From Botryllus schlosseri (taxonomy: Eukaryota), in the NCBI GenBank assembly GCA_051294905.1, contig CM119371.1:16804001-16868000 (forward strand): a DNA stretch of 64,000 nucleotides, read 5' to 3'. The first letter of the stretch is position 1; each line of letters opens with the position of its first letter. Below the pieces are notes generated by a model, which ran no database searches, was not told where the DNA came from, and worked only from the letters and a program-made list of their open reading frames with translations. The translations under genes and the position numbers were made by a program. This document shows positions 63,579 through 64,000 of this stretch, piece by piece.

Positions 63579-64000
63579 AAAAAATATAGCAAGCGCATGA
63601 TGTCCATCTCGATTTCATATGTTTATTGTATCATAATAACCAAATCTGTGTGACTACTCCTGTATAACTTGTCAATGGGGTAAAACGCGTTTTACACATT
63701 GCTCAATATCATCGTACCCACACTAAGACGCCGAATACATTGTGCGGCCAAGACCGTTAAGGCGTAAGCTTGTATATTCCCTTGCAAGTCCTCTTCTAAA
63801 GTGTTTGCAAAGCGACGGAAGATATTGATTATATGGGATTATTATTAGGGATCGTGTAAACCTCCGAAAGGTTCAGGCTCGTGTGAACGCGAACCTTTTT
63901 CAAAGGTTTTGTGTGAACGTGAACGTGAACCTCATGACGTCACGTAACGTCATATTGTTAATTCTAACCCCCACATACACGATACCTAGCGACGACTCGG

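Overview
AT-rich eukaryotic DNA, probably from an invertebrate animal; the species cannot be determined from the sequence. It is dominated by decayed transposons and contains no clearly intact host gene. The centrepiece is a retrovirus-like LTR element at about 31.1-41.0 kb. In order it carries: a 56-bp tandem array, a decayed intronless IAP gene (BIR + RING), a polypurine tract, a putative LTR, a tRNA-Thr-like primer-binding site, a signal-anchor uORF in frame with gag, a 980-aa Gag (PSAPPPAY late motif, CCHC knuckle), a -1 frameshift cassette, a DTG aspartic protease, and a 682-aa ORF. Where RT would normally follow the protease, that last ORF instead ends in an apparently full-length, divergent Tpt1/KptA (NAD+-dependent RNA 2'-phosphotransferase, ART fold) domain. 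No RT, RNase H, integrase or env is visible in the window. Elsewhere: a possible decayed Polinton/Maverick right end (1-6257), many hAT-type MITEs with 8-bp target-site duplications (TSDs), Penelope-like fragments (one with inverted pLTRs and a degenerate hammerhead-like motif), a GC-rich hAT transposase relic, and several pseudogene-like stretches. All domain calls are by-eye motif matches, not database results.
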